Origin: an uncultured Gammaproteobacteria bacterium
Lineage (GTDB): Bacteria; Patescibacteriota; Patescibacteriia; S139-126
Direction: 5' to 3'
Length of the DNA: 64,000 nt
NCBI GenBank assembly: GCA_964620905.1
Contig: CAZUKA010000001.1
Location: forward strand, 647,646-711,645
The translations under genes and the position numbers were made by a program. How positions within the stretch are numbered: the first letter of the stretch is position 1; the number at the start of each line of letters is the position of its first letter. The notes beneath the pieces are model-generated. The model had not been told where the DNA came from. It searched no databases and saw only the letters and a program-made list of their open reading frames with translations. Shown piece by piece: positions 10,740 to 18,572 of this stretch.

Positions 10740-10990
10740 AATTACAGTATAAATGATTTGCAAAAATATCCAAAAAAACAAAACACCTTATTTGGTGTTT
10801 CAAGAACCCATAAAAATGGGTGGTACCATCTTGATTTCCTGAAAAATCAGGACACTTAATTTACTAGCTATCACGGGCTGATCCCGGGCAGATCTACTTA
10901 CCAAAAAGGTTTTCTGCTGCCAACTTGATTGAGTGACATTAACTCCCAATCATTGTTTTTTCTTTATCAATATTAATAAATTAATAAATA
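10740..10990 (-). promoter_or_regulatory. valS leader; candidate degenerate T-box-like attenuator
   Basis: Minus strand reads AAGA-UGGUACC-ACC...GGU-UCUU, a 7-nt UGGUACC bulge flanked by pairing arms as in a T-box antiterminator. Immediately 3' is the hairpin AACACCAAAUAAGGUGUU plus U-run. The 5' part has a hairpin GATTGGGAGT-taatgtc-ACTCAATC with GUC in the loop. Flanks deviate from the AGGGUGGNACCGCG consensus. Confidence 0.35.
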
Positions 10991-10995
10991 TCTAG

Positions 10996-11418
10996 CTAAA
11001 AGTCAATTGTTCTGACTGTTTCCTTATCCCCATAATCAAAATTAACTAATAAAGCATCGGCCGGCCAACTACCTAAAATTCTTTCCGGCCATTCTACTAC
11101 TACTAAACTTTTTTCATCAGCCAGATAGTCAGCAAGTCCCAACTCATCTGTATCTTGATTGAATTCAATACGGTAGAGATCAACGTGTATCAATCTCTCA
11201 AAGGACTGACCGGTCAATAAATATTCTTTCAATAAAACATAAGTCGGACTATTGACACTAGCCTGAACACCCAATTCCTCAGCTATCGCCTGCACGGTGA
11301 TGGTTTTACCTGTGCCCAGCTGCCCACTTAATAAAATAATGTGTCGCCTGCCCAATTGACGTAAAATTTCTCTGGCAATACGCCTGGTGTCTTGTACAGA
11401 ATAACTAGTGCGCATCAT
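10996..11418 (-). CDS. tsaE: tRNA t6A37 biosynthesis ATPase TsaE (YjeE)
   Basis: P-loop LSGQLGTGKT; 140 aa; 4-nt overlap with tsaD. Confidence 0.8.
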   Translation of the reverse strand: MMRTSYSVQDTRRIAREILRQLGRRHIILLSGQLGTGKTITVQAIAEELGVQASVNSPTYVLLKEYLLTGQSFERLIHVDLYRIEFNQDTDELGLADYLADEKSLVVVEWPERILGSWPADALLVNFDYGDKETVRTIDF

Positions 11419-12455
11419 ATGTTTAGATTTGGTTTAATAGCAAATTGCAAAAATTTTTTGGCCAAATTTTTTTTACCTAAATAATAATCCATCAGTCCTG
11501 CCAAAGCTATCATGGTGGCATTATCACCAGTATATGACATAAGAGGTAATCGTAACAGCAAGGAATTTTCTTTAGCGGCGGCAGTCATAACCTGACGTAA
11601 ATTCTGGTTGGCACTCACTCCACCAACCACCGTAACCATTTGGACTTGATTTATCAAAGCAGCCCGAATAGTCTTATCCACCAGTACTTCAACTACTGCT
11701 GCTTGAAAGCTGGCCGACAAATCATTAATTTGTTGGTCAGATAATTCAGCTAATTTTCTGATTTTATAAAGTACGGCGGTTTTCAAACCGGAAAAAGAAA
11801 AATTAAAATTCTTATCTTTGCTCATTGGTCTAGGAAATAAAAATGCTTTGGAATTACCCAAGCTTGCCCGCTTACTTAAAATTGGACCACCAGGATACCC
11901 TAAATTCATAATTTTTGCCACTTTATCAAATGCCTCACCAGCGGCATCATCATAGGTTTTGCCGATAACTTGATAACTATTACTACTTTTCACTAAAACC
12001 AATTCAGTGTGTCCCCCAGAAACAATTAGACTAATAAAGGGGAAAGAAGGGTTGATCAAATTTGACTCACCAACTGGTGGTAACAGAAACGACCACAAAT
12101 GACCAAGTAAATGGTTTACTTCATATAAAGGCTTTTTATGTAACCATGCCAAAGTTTTGGCAGTTTCCCAACCAACCATCAGCGCACCTGCCAGTCCCGG
12201 CCCGCGAGTGGCCGCTACTGCAGTGATATCTTCTATTTTTATTTTGGCTTGTCTGAGAGCTAAATTTATTACCGGTAATATATTTTTTATGTGTTGTCGA
12301 GCTGCAACTTCTGGCACCACACCGCCAAACTTACTGTGCAAATTAATTTGTGAATTTACCACTTGTGTCAAAACAAAAATTCGGTTTTTTTCATAACCAA
12401 GTACTGCAGCTGAAGTCTCATCACAAGAGGTTTCAATTCCTAATATATAAATCAT
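11415..12455 (-). CDS. tsaD: tRNA N6-adenosine threonylcarbamoyltransferase TsaD (Kae1/Gcp)
   Basis: MIYILGIETSCDETSAAV N-terminus and the GGVSANQNLR motif. Confidence 0.9.
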   Translation of the reverse strand: MIYILGIETSCDETSAAVLGYEKNRIFVLTQVVNSQINLHSKFGGVVPEVAARQHIKNILPVINLALRQAKIKIEDITAVAATRGPGLAGALMVGWETAKTLAWLHKKPLYEVNHLLGHLWSFLLPPVGESNLINPSFPFISLIVSGGHTELVLVKSSNSYQVIGKTYDDAAGEAFDKVAKIMNLGYPGGPILSKRASLGNSKAFLFPRPMSKDKNFNFSFSGLKTAVLYKIRKLAELSDQQINDLSASFQAAVVEVLVDKTIRAALINQVQMVTVVGGVSANQNLRQVMTAAAKENSLLLRLPLMSYTGDNATMIALAGLMDYYLGKKNLAKKFLQFAIKPNLNI

Positions 12456-12483
12456 ATAATAAAATTAGCACAACCTCTAAATC

Positions 12484-14052
12484 TTGACAAAATCAAAAAA
12501 ATATGCTAAACTTGATTGTTTGAGAATAAAATTTATGAAATTACTAAAAACAACAATTATAACACCTTTGATTTTCCTTATCTTAGCTACCGCCTATATC
12601 CAACCGATCCAAGCGGCAAATTTGGAATTTCTTAAAATTGAAATTGCAAACTTAGAAAACGATAAACTAACTATTCGGTGGGTTACCAATCAACCAGCCC
12701 AAGGTTGGTTGCAGGTTGGACAGGAACCGGGAAAATATTTATGGACCATTGCGGGTAATGAATTCAATACCAGTCATGAGGCAACGATTGTTTTGCCGAA
12801 AGAAAATATCACTTATCACTATCGCGTCATTGCTGAAAACAACGAACAGCAAAGAATAACCTCACTGGCCCAAAGCTATAAAGTGAAAAAATTTACCGAC
12901 AATAAACCCCCACAATTTTTATCAATACCAAAAATTCTTTATGTTGACAATCACAATGCTTTTTTGATTTGGCAAACCAATGAACGAACAACGGCCAAAG
13001 TTAAATTTAGTCAACAACCAGATTTATCACAAAGTCGATCAGCCACAGCTAATGCCGATAAAAATAAAAATTACCAAGCCAGAGTTCGTCTGACAAAATT
13101 ACAAGCCAATACTACCTATTATTATGAAGTAATTATTAGTGATGAAAATAAAAATTCTGCTAAAACTGCTGTCCTCAATTTTACCACTCGCTCGCAGGCT
13201 GATCTTGAACCATTGCGACTATTAAACCAAAAACCGCTTGCCAATGAAGATGCAAATATCACTAATTCCAGCATCAAAGCAACTTGGCAAACTAGCAGAC
13301 CAGCCAGCTGCAATTTTCTATACGGTGAGAAAAATAAATCCAAGAAAAAATTAACTGTCAACGAATTTGAAAGCTGGGATCATGAATTTTTGGTAGAAAA
13401 CTTGCGTCCCAATACTGAATATCAATACCAAATAATTTGTTCTGATATATTTGGAAAAAAATTAGATACCGGGAGTATAAATTTCCGTACCAGAGTGCCT
13501 GTGGTTTTAGGTTATGAATATCAAGTTGGTGGCCAACAAAATTTTTATGGTCAAAAATATCAACTGGTCAAAACCCCAACTAGTCCAAATATTTATATTT
13601 TAGTGAACAAACAAAAATATTTAGTAAAATCACCATCTATTTTCACTGCTTATGGTTTTCGCTGGTCAGAAGTAAAAATGATTAGTAAAAAAGAATTGGA
13701 TAAATATACCACCGCCACTTTGGTCAAAACTCCGGAAAGCCCAGCAGTATATTTTCTTTATCAAGGATTGAAAAGAAAAAAAGTTTTACTAACAGAAACG
13801 GCTTTCCGCTCCTACCGCCATAACTCTTTTAGCAAGGTTATTACTGTTAGCCCGCAAGACTTGCAACAATATCCTGATATTGTCTTAGTAAAGGAACCAA
13901 ACAAATCAACCGTTTATCTCTTGCAAGGTGCTAGTAAAAGACCAATCAAAAATATGGAAGCATTATACAAAAACAATCTAGCCTATCAGCCAATCGGCCT
14001 GGTCTCAACAAAAGATTTAAGCTCATATCAAACCGGTGATTTGTTGGAATAA
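12484..14052 (+). CDS. Secreted repeat protein: signal/TM, three Fn3/purple-acid-phosphatase-N-like modules, three ~50-aa C-terminal repeats
   Basis: Hydrophobic N-terminus. The internal repeats TNQPAQGWLQVG / TNERTTAKVKF / TSRPASCNFLYG each end with a YYY/HYRV-type motif. C-terminal triplicate VKTP(T/E)SP..Y.L. The start may instead be MKLLKTT at 12535. Confidence 0.6.
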   Translation: MTKSKKYAKLDCLRIKFMKLLKTTIITPLIFLILATAYIQPIQAANLEFLKIEIANLENDKLTIRWVTNQPAQGWLQVGQEPGKYLWTIAGNEFNTSHEATIVLPKENITYHYRVIAENNEQQRITSLAQSYKVKKFTDNKPPQFLSIPKILYVDNHNAFLIWQTNERTTAKVKFSQQPDLSQSRSATANADKNKNYQARVRLTKLQANTTYYYEVIISDENKNSAKTAVLNFTTRSQADLEPLRLLNQKPLANEDANITNSSIKATWQTSRPASCNFLYGEKNKSKKKLTVNEFESWDHEFLVENLRPNTEYQYQIICSDIFGKKLDTGSINFRTRVPVVLGYEYQVGGQQNFYGQKYQLVKTPTSPNIYILVNKQKYLVKSPSIFTAYGFRWSEVKMISKKELDKYTTATLVKTPESPAVYFLYQGLKRKKVLLTETAFRSYRHNSFSKVITVSPQDLQQYPDIVLVKEPNKSTVYLLQGASKRPIKNMEALYKNNLAYQPIGLVSTKDLSSYQTGDLLE

Positions 14053-14071
14053 TATTTTATTTGCTACTAAT

Positions 14072-14101
14072 AATCCCGCCAAATTTTGGCGGGATTTTTT
14101 T
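14072..14101. terminator. Bidirectional rho-independent terminator
   Basis: aatcccgccaaaatttggcgggatt followed by tttttt; serves the convergent genes on both sides. Confidence 0.65.
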
Positions 14102-14291
14102 AACAAGCGTGAGAGTTTGTATCTCTTACTCTCTCTAAAATTTTTTCAATCGCTTCTTTATTTTTATCCACCAATGTCTGGTGGTATTTTTGAGCACTGA
14201 TTCCTTGCCTAAACTCAGGTTTGGGCAGACGGGAAATAGAAGTGATTGGTTGATCGCTTGGATTGGTTTGGGTTTTTTCTTTTTCGGGCAT
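14100..14291 (-). CDS. Small charged protein (63 aa), sole gene downstream of the T-box riboswitch
   Basis: Strong SD AAAGGAGT, 5 nt, then ATG, lying immediately after the riboswitch terminator. No recognisable family. Confidence 0.45.
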   Translation of the reverse strand: MPEKEKTQTNPSDQPITSISRLPKPEFRQGISAQKYHQTLVDKNKEAIEKILERVRDTNSHAC

Positions 14292-14305
14292 AACTTACTC
14301 CTTTG

Positions 14306-14656
14306 ATTTTTGATTGTTAAATGAACAAAATAAAAAGCGCTCTTTGTCCTCAAATTCAAGATTTGACTTAAGGACGAAGAGCGCTTTTCCAAACGCTAAC
14401 CGCGGTACCACCTTAATTTTTCTGAAAAAATTTTCAGAACGCTTTCACATACTCAAAAAGAAATATGTTAGTCCTGTGACGGGAACACCCGTGATAACCT
14501 AATAAATTTTCAGTTATCCAGCTCCAGAGGGAACTTCCCAATTGTTTTATTTCAGGCCTATTCTCAATCACGCTAGGCCCTCCCTGTGAAATAATCACAA
14601 CGGTACTTTCCTCTTTCCATGCTTTTGGCAAATTAGAATGTACTTTACTTAAATAC
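14306..14656 (-). promoter_or_regulatory. T-box riboswitch (tRNA-sensing leader)
   Basis: Minus strand carries UUAAGGUGGUACCGCGG (plus 14400-14414), an exact T-box core. The antiterminator arms UUAAGG/CCUUAA and GCGG/UCGU pair with the 5' strand of a 15-bp terminator (plus 14333-14349 paired with 14372-14388) followed by UUUUUAUUUUGUU. Upstream stem-loops include a GGCCUA...UAGGCC distal hairpin with a GAGAAUAG AG-box-like loop. Confidence 0.8.
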
Positions 14657-14685
14657 TTTATACACTGACTTTAAAAATGTGTCAA
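14657..14685 (-). promoter_or_regulatory. Sigma-70 promoter driving the T-box leader
   Basis: Minus strand: TTGACA, 17-nt spacer, TATAAA. Confidence 0.65.
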
Positions 14686-14710
14686 TATTTACTAGTTCAA
14701 TTCCCTCTAG

Positions 14711-14756
14711 CGACCCCAAGCTAAGCTTGGGCATTGTCACGCTAAGCGTGACCCCA
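14711..14756. repeat. Paired-hairpin repeat element, copy A
   Basis: cgaccccAAGCTAAGCTTgggcattGTCACGCTAAGCGTGACccca: two palindromes with a shared TAA centre, followed by CCCCATTTTT. Confidence 0.6.
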
Positions 14757-14783
14757 TTTTTACATATTTTGACATAGAAAAAA

Positions 14784-14812
14784 CCACTCCGAGATGGGGC
14801 GGTTACATTATT
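14784..14812 (-). terminator. Terminator for the 14828..15232 gene
   Basis: Minus strand CCGCCCCATCTCGGAGTGG followed by TTTTTT (one mismatch in the stem). Sequence-similar to the terminator at 15833. Confidence 0.45.
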
Positions 14813-14827
14813 AACAAATTAAAACAA

Positions 14828-15232
14828 TCAATAATTAAATAGGTATACTAAAAAATAAATAATCAATACAATTATCGCTATATATAAAAACCTAAAAAAA
14901 GTAGATAGAATTAATCGTCTATGGCCCGTTGCTATAAACCTTTCAATCCTTTTTATAATATAAAGTGTTTTGTCTCTATAATAATCTGCTATAACAACTA
15001 GTATCACTAAAATTAAAGAGGGTAATAATATAAATGGCTTACTAATTATCAAATCATAATCCACCTCTCCGTGCCACACATTAGAAGCAACATAAACAAC
15101 AGCTAATATAATGGCCAATAAAATATTTGTGAGATAATAAAGAAAGCGTCCTATTTTGTCGCTCTTATACCATAAAAAAATTGCTATTAATACTCCGAAT
15201 AATGAAATAGCTATTTTTATATACTCACTCAT
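14828..15232 (-). CDS. Integral membrane protein (134 aa, ~4 TM), hypothetical
   Basis: Continuous hydrophobic segments; AT-rich cassette region. Confidence 0.5.
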   Translation of the reverse strand: MSEYIKIAISLFGVLIAIFLWYKSDKIGRFLYYLTNILLAIILAVVYVASNVWHGEVDYDLIISKPFILLPSLILVILVVIADYYRDKTLYIIKRIERFIATGHRRLILSTFFRFLYIAIIVLIIYFLVYLFNY

Positions 15233-15392
15233 ACACCAATTTTAACATAAAAAACGTATTTATGGCTCTTGCCCACTACAATCATAGTTATAATGTCTTC
15301 CACAAATTGCCACCCCATCTTACATAATTTGACAGTAGATTTAGATAAACAAACATCTTTATATAAAGGGGTTTTTTTGATATTATAATATT

Positions 15393-15806
15393 ATGAAAAG
15401 ACATCCTAAATACTTTTATAGTCTACTGACAGTTTTTATAATCCCAACTTTTATTTTTGGTTTCTTAGTTAGAGAAGAATTTACATTTTTAAAACTTTTT
15501 GTTTTTGCTTCCATTGTTATGATAGTAGGAGCTATCTGGGACACTTGGGCAACTCGTCACGGTTGGCGTGATAGTTTCTGGCTTTGGACTTTCAATAAAA
15601 AATATTTATTGGGACCTAGATATTTTGGTATACCCATAGAAGAATATGGGTTTTTCTTTTTTGGAGCAACTTTTACTGTTACTTTATGGGAATTGATATC
15701 TAAATGCCAATTAATACCAAGTAAACAAAACTTATTAGTATTAATAGTTATTTTTTTGTGGCTATTTGCCGCAGTTACTTTGCCTAAATTAAAAGATCCT
15801 GATTAA
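15393..15806 (+). CDS. Integral membrane protein (137 aa), hypothetical
   Basis: Four hydrophobic helices; terminator follows. Confidence 0.5.
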   Translation: MKRHPKYFYSLLTVFIIPTFIFGFLVREEFTFLKLFVFASIVMIVGAIWDTWATRHGWRDSFWLWTFNKKYLLGPRYFGIPIEEYGFFFFGATFTVTLWELISKCQLIPSKQNLLVLIVIFLWLFAAVTLPKLKDPD

Positions 15807-15832
15807 ATATTAATTTAATTTATTTAAAAAAA

Positions 15833-15860
15833 CTGCTCCGAGAGGGAGCGGTTTTATTTA
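15833..15860 (+). terminator. Rho-independent terminator (GAGA tetraloop)
   Basis: ctgctccGAGAgggagcgg followed by ttttattt. Confidence 0.6.
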
Positions 15861-15875
15861 GTAATAATTATTATA

Positions 15876-16115
15876 TTACCTTTTGATGCTAAGAAACATC
15901 ATAGCTACAATTACGAACAAACAACAAAGTACTACTTTACCAGCGATAGCTAAGATTAGAGCGCCTATTGAAAATAAAGTGGCATAAATACGATTTCTTT
16001 TATAAATGGTCACGACATTACTCCTTGAATAATTTGAAAATAACTTTAATTGATTATAATAATACTTTTTGTTTAAAAAGTCAATGCTAGCTTGCCATAT
16101 TCCACGAAAAGTCAT
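15876..16115 (-). CDS. Small membrane protein (79 aa), hypothetical
   Basis: C-terminal TM helix; partly overlaps the alternative ORF 16069..16251(+). Confidence 0.3.
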   Translation of the reverse strand: MTFRGIWQASIDFLNKKYYYNQLKLFSNYSRSNVVTIYKRNRIYATLFSIGALILAIAGKVVLCCLFVIVAMMFLSIKR

Positions 16116-16193
16116 CCCACTATCTGATAATTTTATCGCGAAGTATCTTCTTGATAAGATGAAGTTTTTTTATTGCGATGTTATAATTGAAAT

Positions 16194-16859
16194 ATGCCAA
16201 AACATGAAAATATTCCTCCAATTAGAAAATCAGAAATTCCTGAACTTTTAGAAAGAGGTTTATTTATATTAAATCGTTTGGGATTGAATATTGATGATCT
16301 AAAAGATAAAAAAATATTGGATATTGGTTCAGGTGAAGCTGCTGTAGAAAATTATTTAAAAAGGGCAGGTATTAATAGTATTATTTCAATAGATAAAAAA
16401 CTACCATGGATGTCACTTGATAAAAATATTAATCAAGTAAACGCTCTGGCAGAAAAGTTGCCACTTAAAGATAGTAGTATCGATCTAATTATTGCCCACG
16501 GTGGTCCGCCAACAACGAGTAATTATAAAAAATATTTTGAAAACTATAAAATACAAGATTATGAAGAAGAAAGAGTGGAATCGTATTTAAATGAATTTAG
16601 ACGAGTATTAACTGAAAATGGTGAGGCGAGAATTGCCCCACCCCGTTTATGGTTTATCTATATGAAAAATTTGCACGACCTATATTCTGATAAAAATGAC
16701 TTAACTCCTTCTGAAAAATTTAGTCTTGATTACCTAACAGAAAAACAATCATTGAATTATTTACAAAAAAAATACAATATTTCTCTGCACCAAAATGAAA
16801 TAAATGATAAAGACGATAGATTCAATAAATACTGGGTAATGAAAAAAAGTTATCAATAA
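16194..16859 (+). CDS. Class I SAM-dependent methyltransferase (type 11-like)
   Basis: ILDIGSGEAAVENYL motif I and DLIIAHGG motif; TGtTATAAT -10 element ends 6 nt before the ATG. Confidence 0.65.
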   Translation: MPKHENIPPIRKSEIPELLERGLFILNRLGLNIDDLKDKKILDIGSGEAAVENYLKRAGINSIISIDKKLPWMSLDKNINQVNALAEKLPLKDSSIDLIIAHGGPPTTSNYKKYFENYKIQDYEEERVESYLNEFRRVLTENGEARIAPPRLWFIYMKNLHDLYSDKNDLTPSEKFSLDYLTEKQSLNYLQKKYNISLHQNEINDKDDRFNKYWVMKKSYQ

Positions 16860-16876
16860 ATACCTATTTTTATTTC

Positions 16877-16912
16877 ATGCTAAGCTTGGATTGGGGTCAC
16901 GCTAAGCGTGAT
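16877..16912. repeat. Paired-hairpin repeat element, copy B
   Basis: catGCTAAGCTTGGattggGGTCACGCTAAGCGTGAt; shares the 11-mer gctaagcttgg and the 16-mer gtcacgctaagcgtga with copy A. Confidence 0.6.
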
Positions 16913-16952
16913 TGCAACCTTTGATTATTTTAAATAAGAAAAAACCGATCTA

Positions 16953-17261
16953 CTAAATCGGTTTTAAATTTGGATGACGAGGGATGCTTATTAAATATTG
17001 GTATGGTAATGGCTCAATTAAACTGGGTAAAAATATATCTGGTTTAGCTTTGGCTTGGGGATTACAATCGGGACAATAAGGACGATCAATCGTCACTGAT
17101 TTAACTTCAATTCCATAATCAACTTCCATATCAACACTAACAAATAAAATTGTTGCCTTAGTATGAAGGCAACGCCAAATCACACCTACTTCTTCATCAT
17201 CATCCAGACACATTTTTGCGTGTTCCTCCAAGCGATCAAAATCTGATTTTACTAGCAGCAT
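16953..17261 (-). CDS. Hypothetical acidic protein (102 aa) with CPDC motif
   Basis: ORF only; no family recognised. Confidence 0.35.
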   Translation of the reverse strand: MLLVKSDFDRLEEHAKMCLDDDEEVGVIWRCLHTKATILFVSVDMEVDYGIEVKSVTIDRPYCPDCNPQAKAKPDIFLPSLIEPLPYQYLISIPRHPNLKPI

Positions 17262-17429
17262 TTATTCACCTTTCAATTTTTAAAGAAATTTCAACTTAAA
17301 ATAACATTAAAATAATCCAACGTCAAGACCAAAAAAATATTGGCAATTTGATTTGACAAATTAGGATATACTTATTAAAATCCTATATTAATCAATTTCA
17401 TTAACAATTATTTTACAGGAGTTAACATT

Positions 17430-17586
17430 GAAAACAATTACTATCTTAAGTCTTATCGGTTTGTTCATTGGATTGTTCTTATTTTTTTACGGTTGGTTTG
17501 GCCCAATCAAAAAAATTGAAAATTCAATCTGGATAGAAATTATCGGGTTTTTTCTTATTATTGCTAGCCTTTCAATCATTGTCTGA
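17430..17586 (+). CDS. Small two-TM membrane peptide (~52 aa, TTG start)
   Basis: AGGAG SD 8 nt before TTG; strongly hydrophobic; good terminator after. Confidence 0.35.
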
Positions 17587-17600
17587 TGTTCAAATTTTAC

Positions 17601-17632
17601 ACTGCTGACTACTAAAGTCGGCAGTTTTTTAT
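17601..17632 (+). terminator. Rho-independent terminator
   Basis: actgctgactactaaagtcggcagt followed by ttttttatt. Confidence 0.6.
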
Positions 17633-17665
17633 TAAAAAAACATCTAAATTAAATTTAGTTGTTTT

Positions 17666-17686
17666 CTTGGTAGCGCCACGGGGAAT
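17666..17686 (-). repeat. Direct repeat of the tRNA-Glu 3' end (21/21 nt identical)
   Basis: cttggtagcgccacggggaat is identical to 17869-17889 (the 3' acceptor/T-arm side of tRNA-Glu), also preceded by ttttct. No matching 5' acceptor strand upstream. Confidence 0.6.
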
Positions 17687-17870
17687 TCCGCGTCCTGCCG
17701 ATGGCGGTACTTGCCCTGGGTGTCAAACAATCCTACACTTACTCGGATTGTTTGTCGCTCGCTGCGTCTCCCACGTTCACGGGATCCTTGCTTGCTCGCA
17801 CCCATTCGATTCCCCTCGATAACTCCAATAAAAAGAAAAGGACTTAATACAAAATTAAATCCTTTTCTCT

Positions 17871-17945
17871 TGGTAGCGCCACGGGGAATCGAACCCCGGT
17901 TACCAGGATGAAAACCTGGTGTCCTAACCCCTAGACGATGGCGCC
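17871..17945 (-). tRNA. tRNA-Glu (anticodon UUC), CCA encoded
   Basis: GGCGCCATCGTCTAGGGGTTAGGACACCAGGTTTTCATCCTGGTAACCGGGGTTCGATTCCCCGTGGCGCTACCA; cloverleaf with anticodon loop UUUUCAU. Confidence 0.85.
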
Positions 17946-18083
17946 ATGTTTATCTTTTTTTTACAATAACCTAATTATACTAGCAAAAACTACAAATAAA
18001 TCAACATCTGATTGTTTGTTTGCTTGTCAGACTTATATTTATTATAATATATATACATTTTTATTATCTAAATAACATATTTT

Positions 18084-18572
18084 ATGTCCAAAATCAAAAA
18101 TCTATTTATCAAGGCTAAAGAAGAAAATGATTTGGTTGACGAGCAAACTGAAATAAAGGCAAACGACAACCAAACTTCAAATATTTCCCAACCACAAAAC
18201 GCGGAAACAACAAACGAATGGCTAGACGACGAAGATGTAGAAGGTCAATTGTCTATTGATGTTTATCAGGATAAAGACAATATTGTTGTAAAATCGACTA
18301 TTGCCGGAGTGAAACCAGAAGATATTGATATTTCATTACAAAACGATCTGTTGACCGTCAAAGGGAAACGCCAAGCGGATATTACCATCAAGCAAGAAGA
18401 TTATTTTTTTCAAGAGTGTTATTGGGGTTCATTTTCTCGATCGATTATTTTACCGGTAGAAGTAAAACAAGACGAAACAAAAGCCGAGCTGAAAAATGGT
18501 ATCCTAACTATCGTTCTCCCCAAAGCTAAACCGATCAAAGCAGTATCTATTAAAGTAAAAGTTGATGATTGA
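18084..18572 (+). CDS. Hsp20/alpha-crystallin small heat-shock protein
   Basis: ACD region: QLSIDVYQDKDNIVVKSTIAGVKPEDIDISLQNDLLTVKG...GILTIVLPKAK. Confidence 0.8.
   Translation: MSKIKNLFIKAKEENDLVDEQTEIKANDNQTSNISQPQNAETTNEWLDDEDVEGQLSIDVYQDKDNIVVKSTIAGVKPEDIDISLQNDLLTVKGKRQADITIKQEDYFFQECYWGSFSRSIILPVEVKQDETKAELKNGILTIVLPKAKPIKAVSIKVKVDD

Noticed and set aside
10740-10781. Upstream ATG extensions of valS (10781), tyrS (38103), ruvC (26474), rpmH (43541) and the 22848 gene (23462)
   Set aside because: The extensions add non-conserved, hydrophobic or low-complexity residues before canonical N-termini. In the 23462 case the extension would encode the nfo terminator hairpin.
10817-10826. Plus-strand reading of GGGTGGTACC (exact T-box core 10-mer) as a plus-strand T-box
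   Set aside because: There is no plus-strand gene for 1.6 kb downstream, and on the plus strand the motif is merely the 3' arm of an ACCCA-TAAAAA-TGGGT hairpin. The core GGTACC is palindromic, so the minus-strand valS-leader interpretation is kept instead, at low confidence.
14135-14502. ORFs 14135..14392(-) and 14314..14502(+)
   Set aside because: They run through the T-box terminator and antiterminator structures. The 63-aa ORF with a strong SD is the better-supported coding call.
17687-17868. tmRNA, intron-containing tRNA or RNase P RNA in the GC-rich segment between the tRNA-Glu repeat copies
   Set aside because: No 5' acceptor strand complementary to the TGGCGCT 3' end, no tmRNA resume-codon context, and no RNase P P4 (AGGAAAGUCCGGGC / ACAGAA..CGGCUUA) motifs. 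It is too short for a group I intron.
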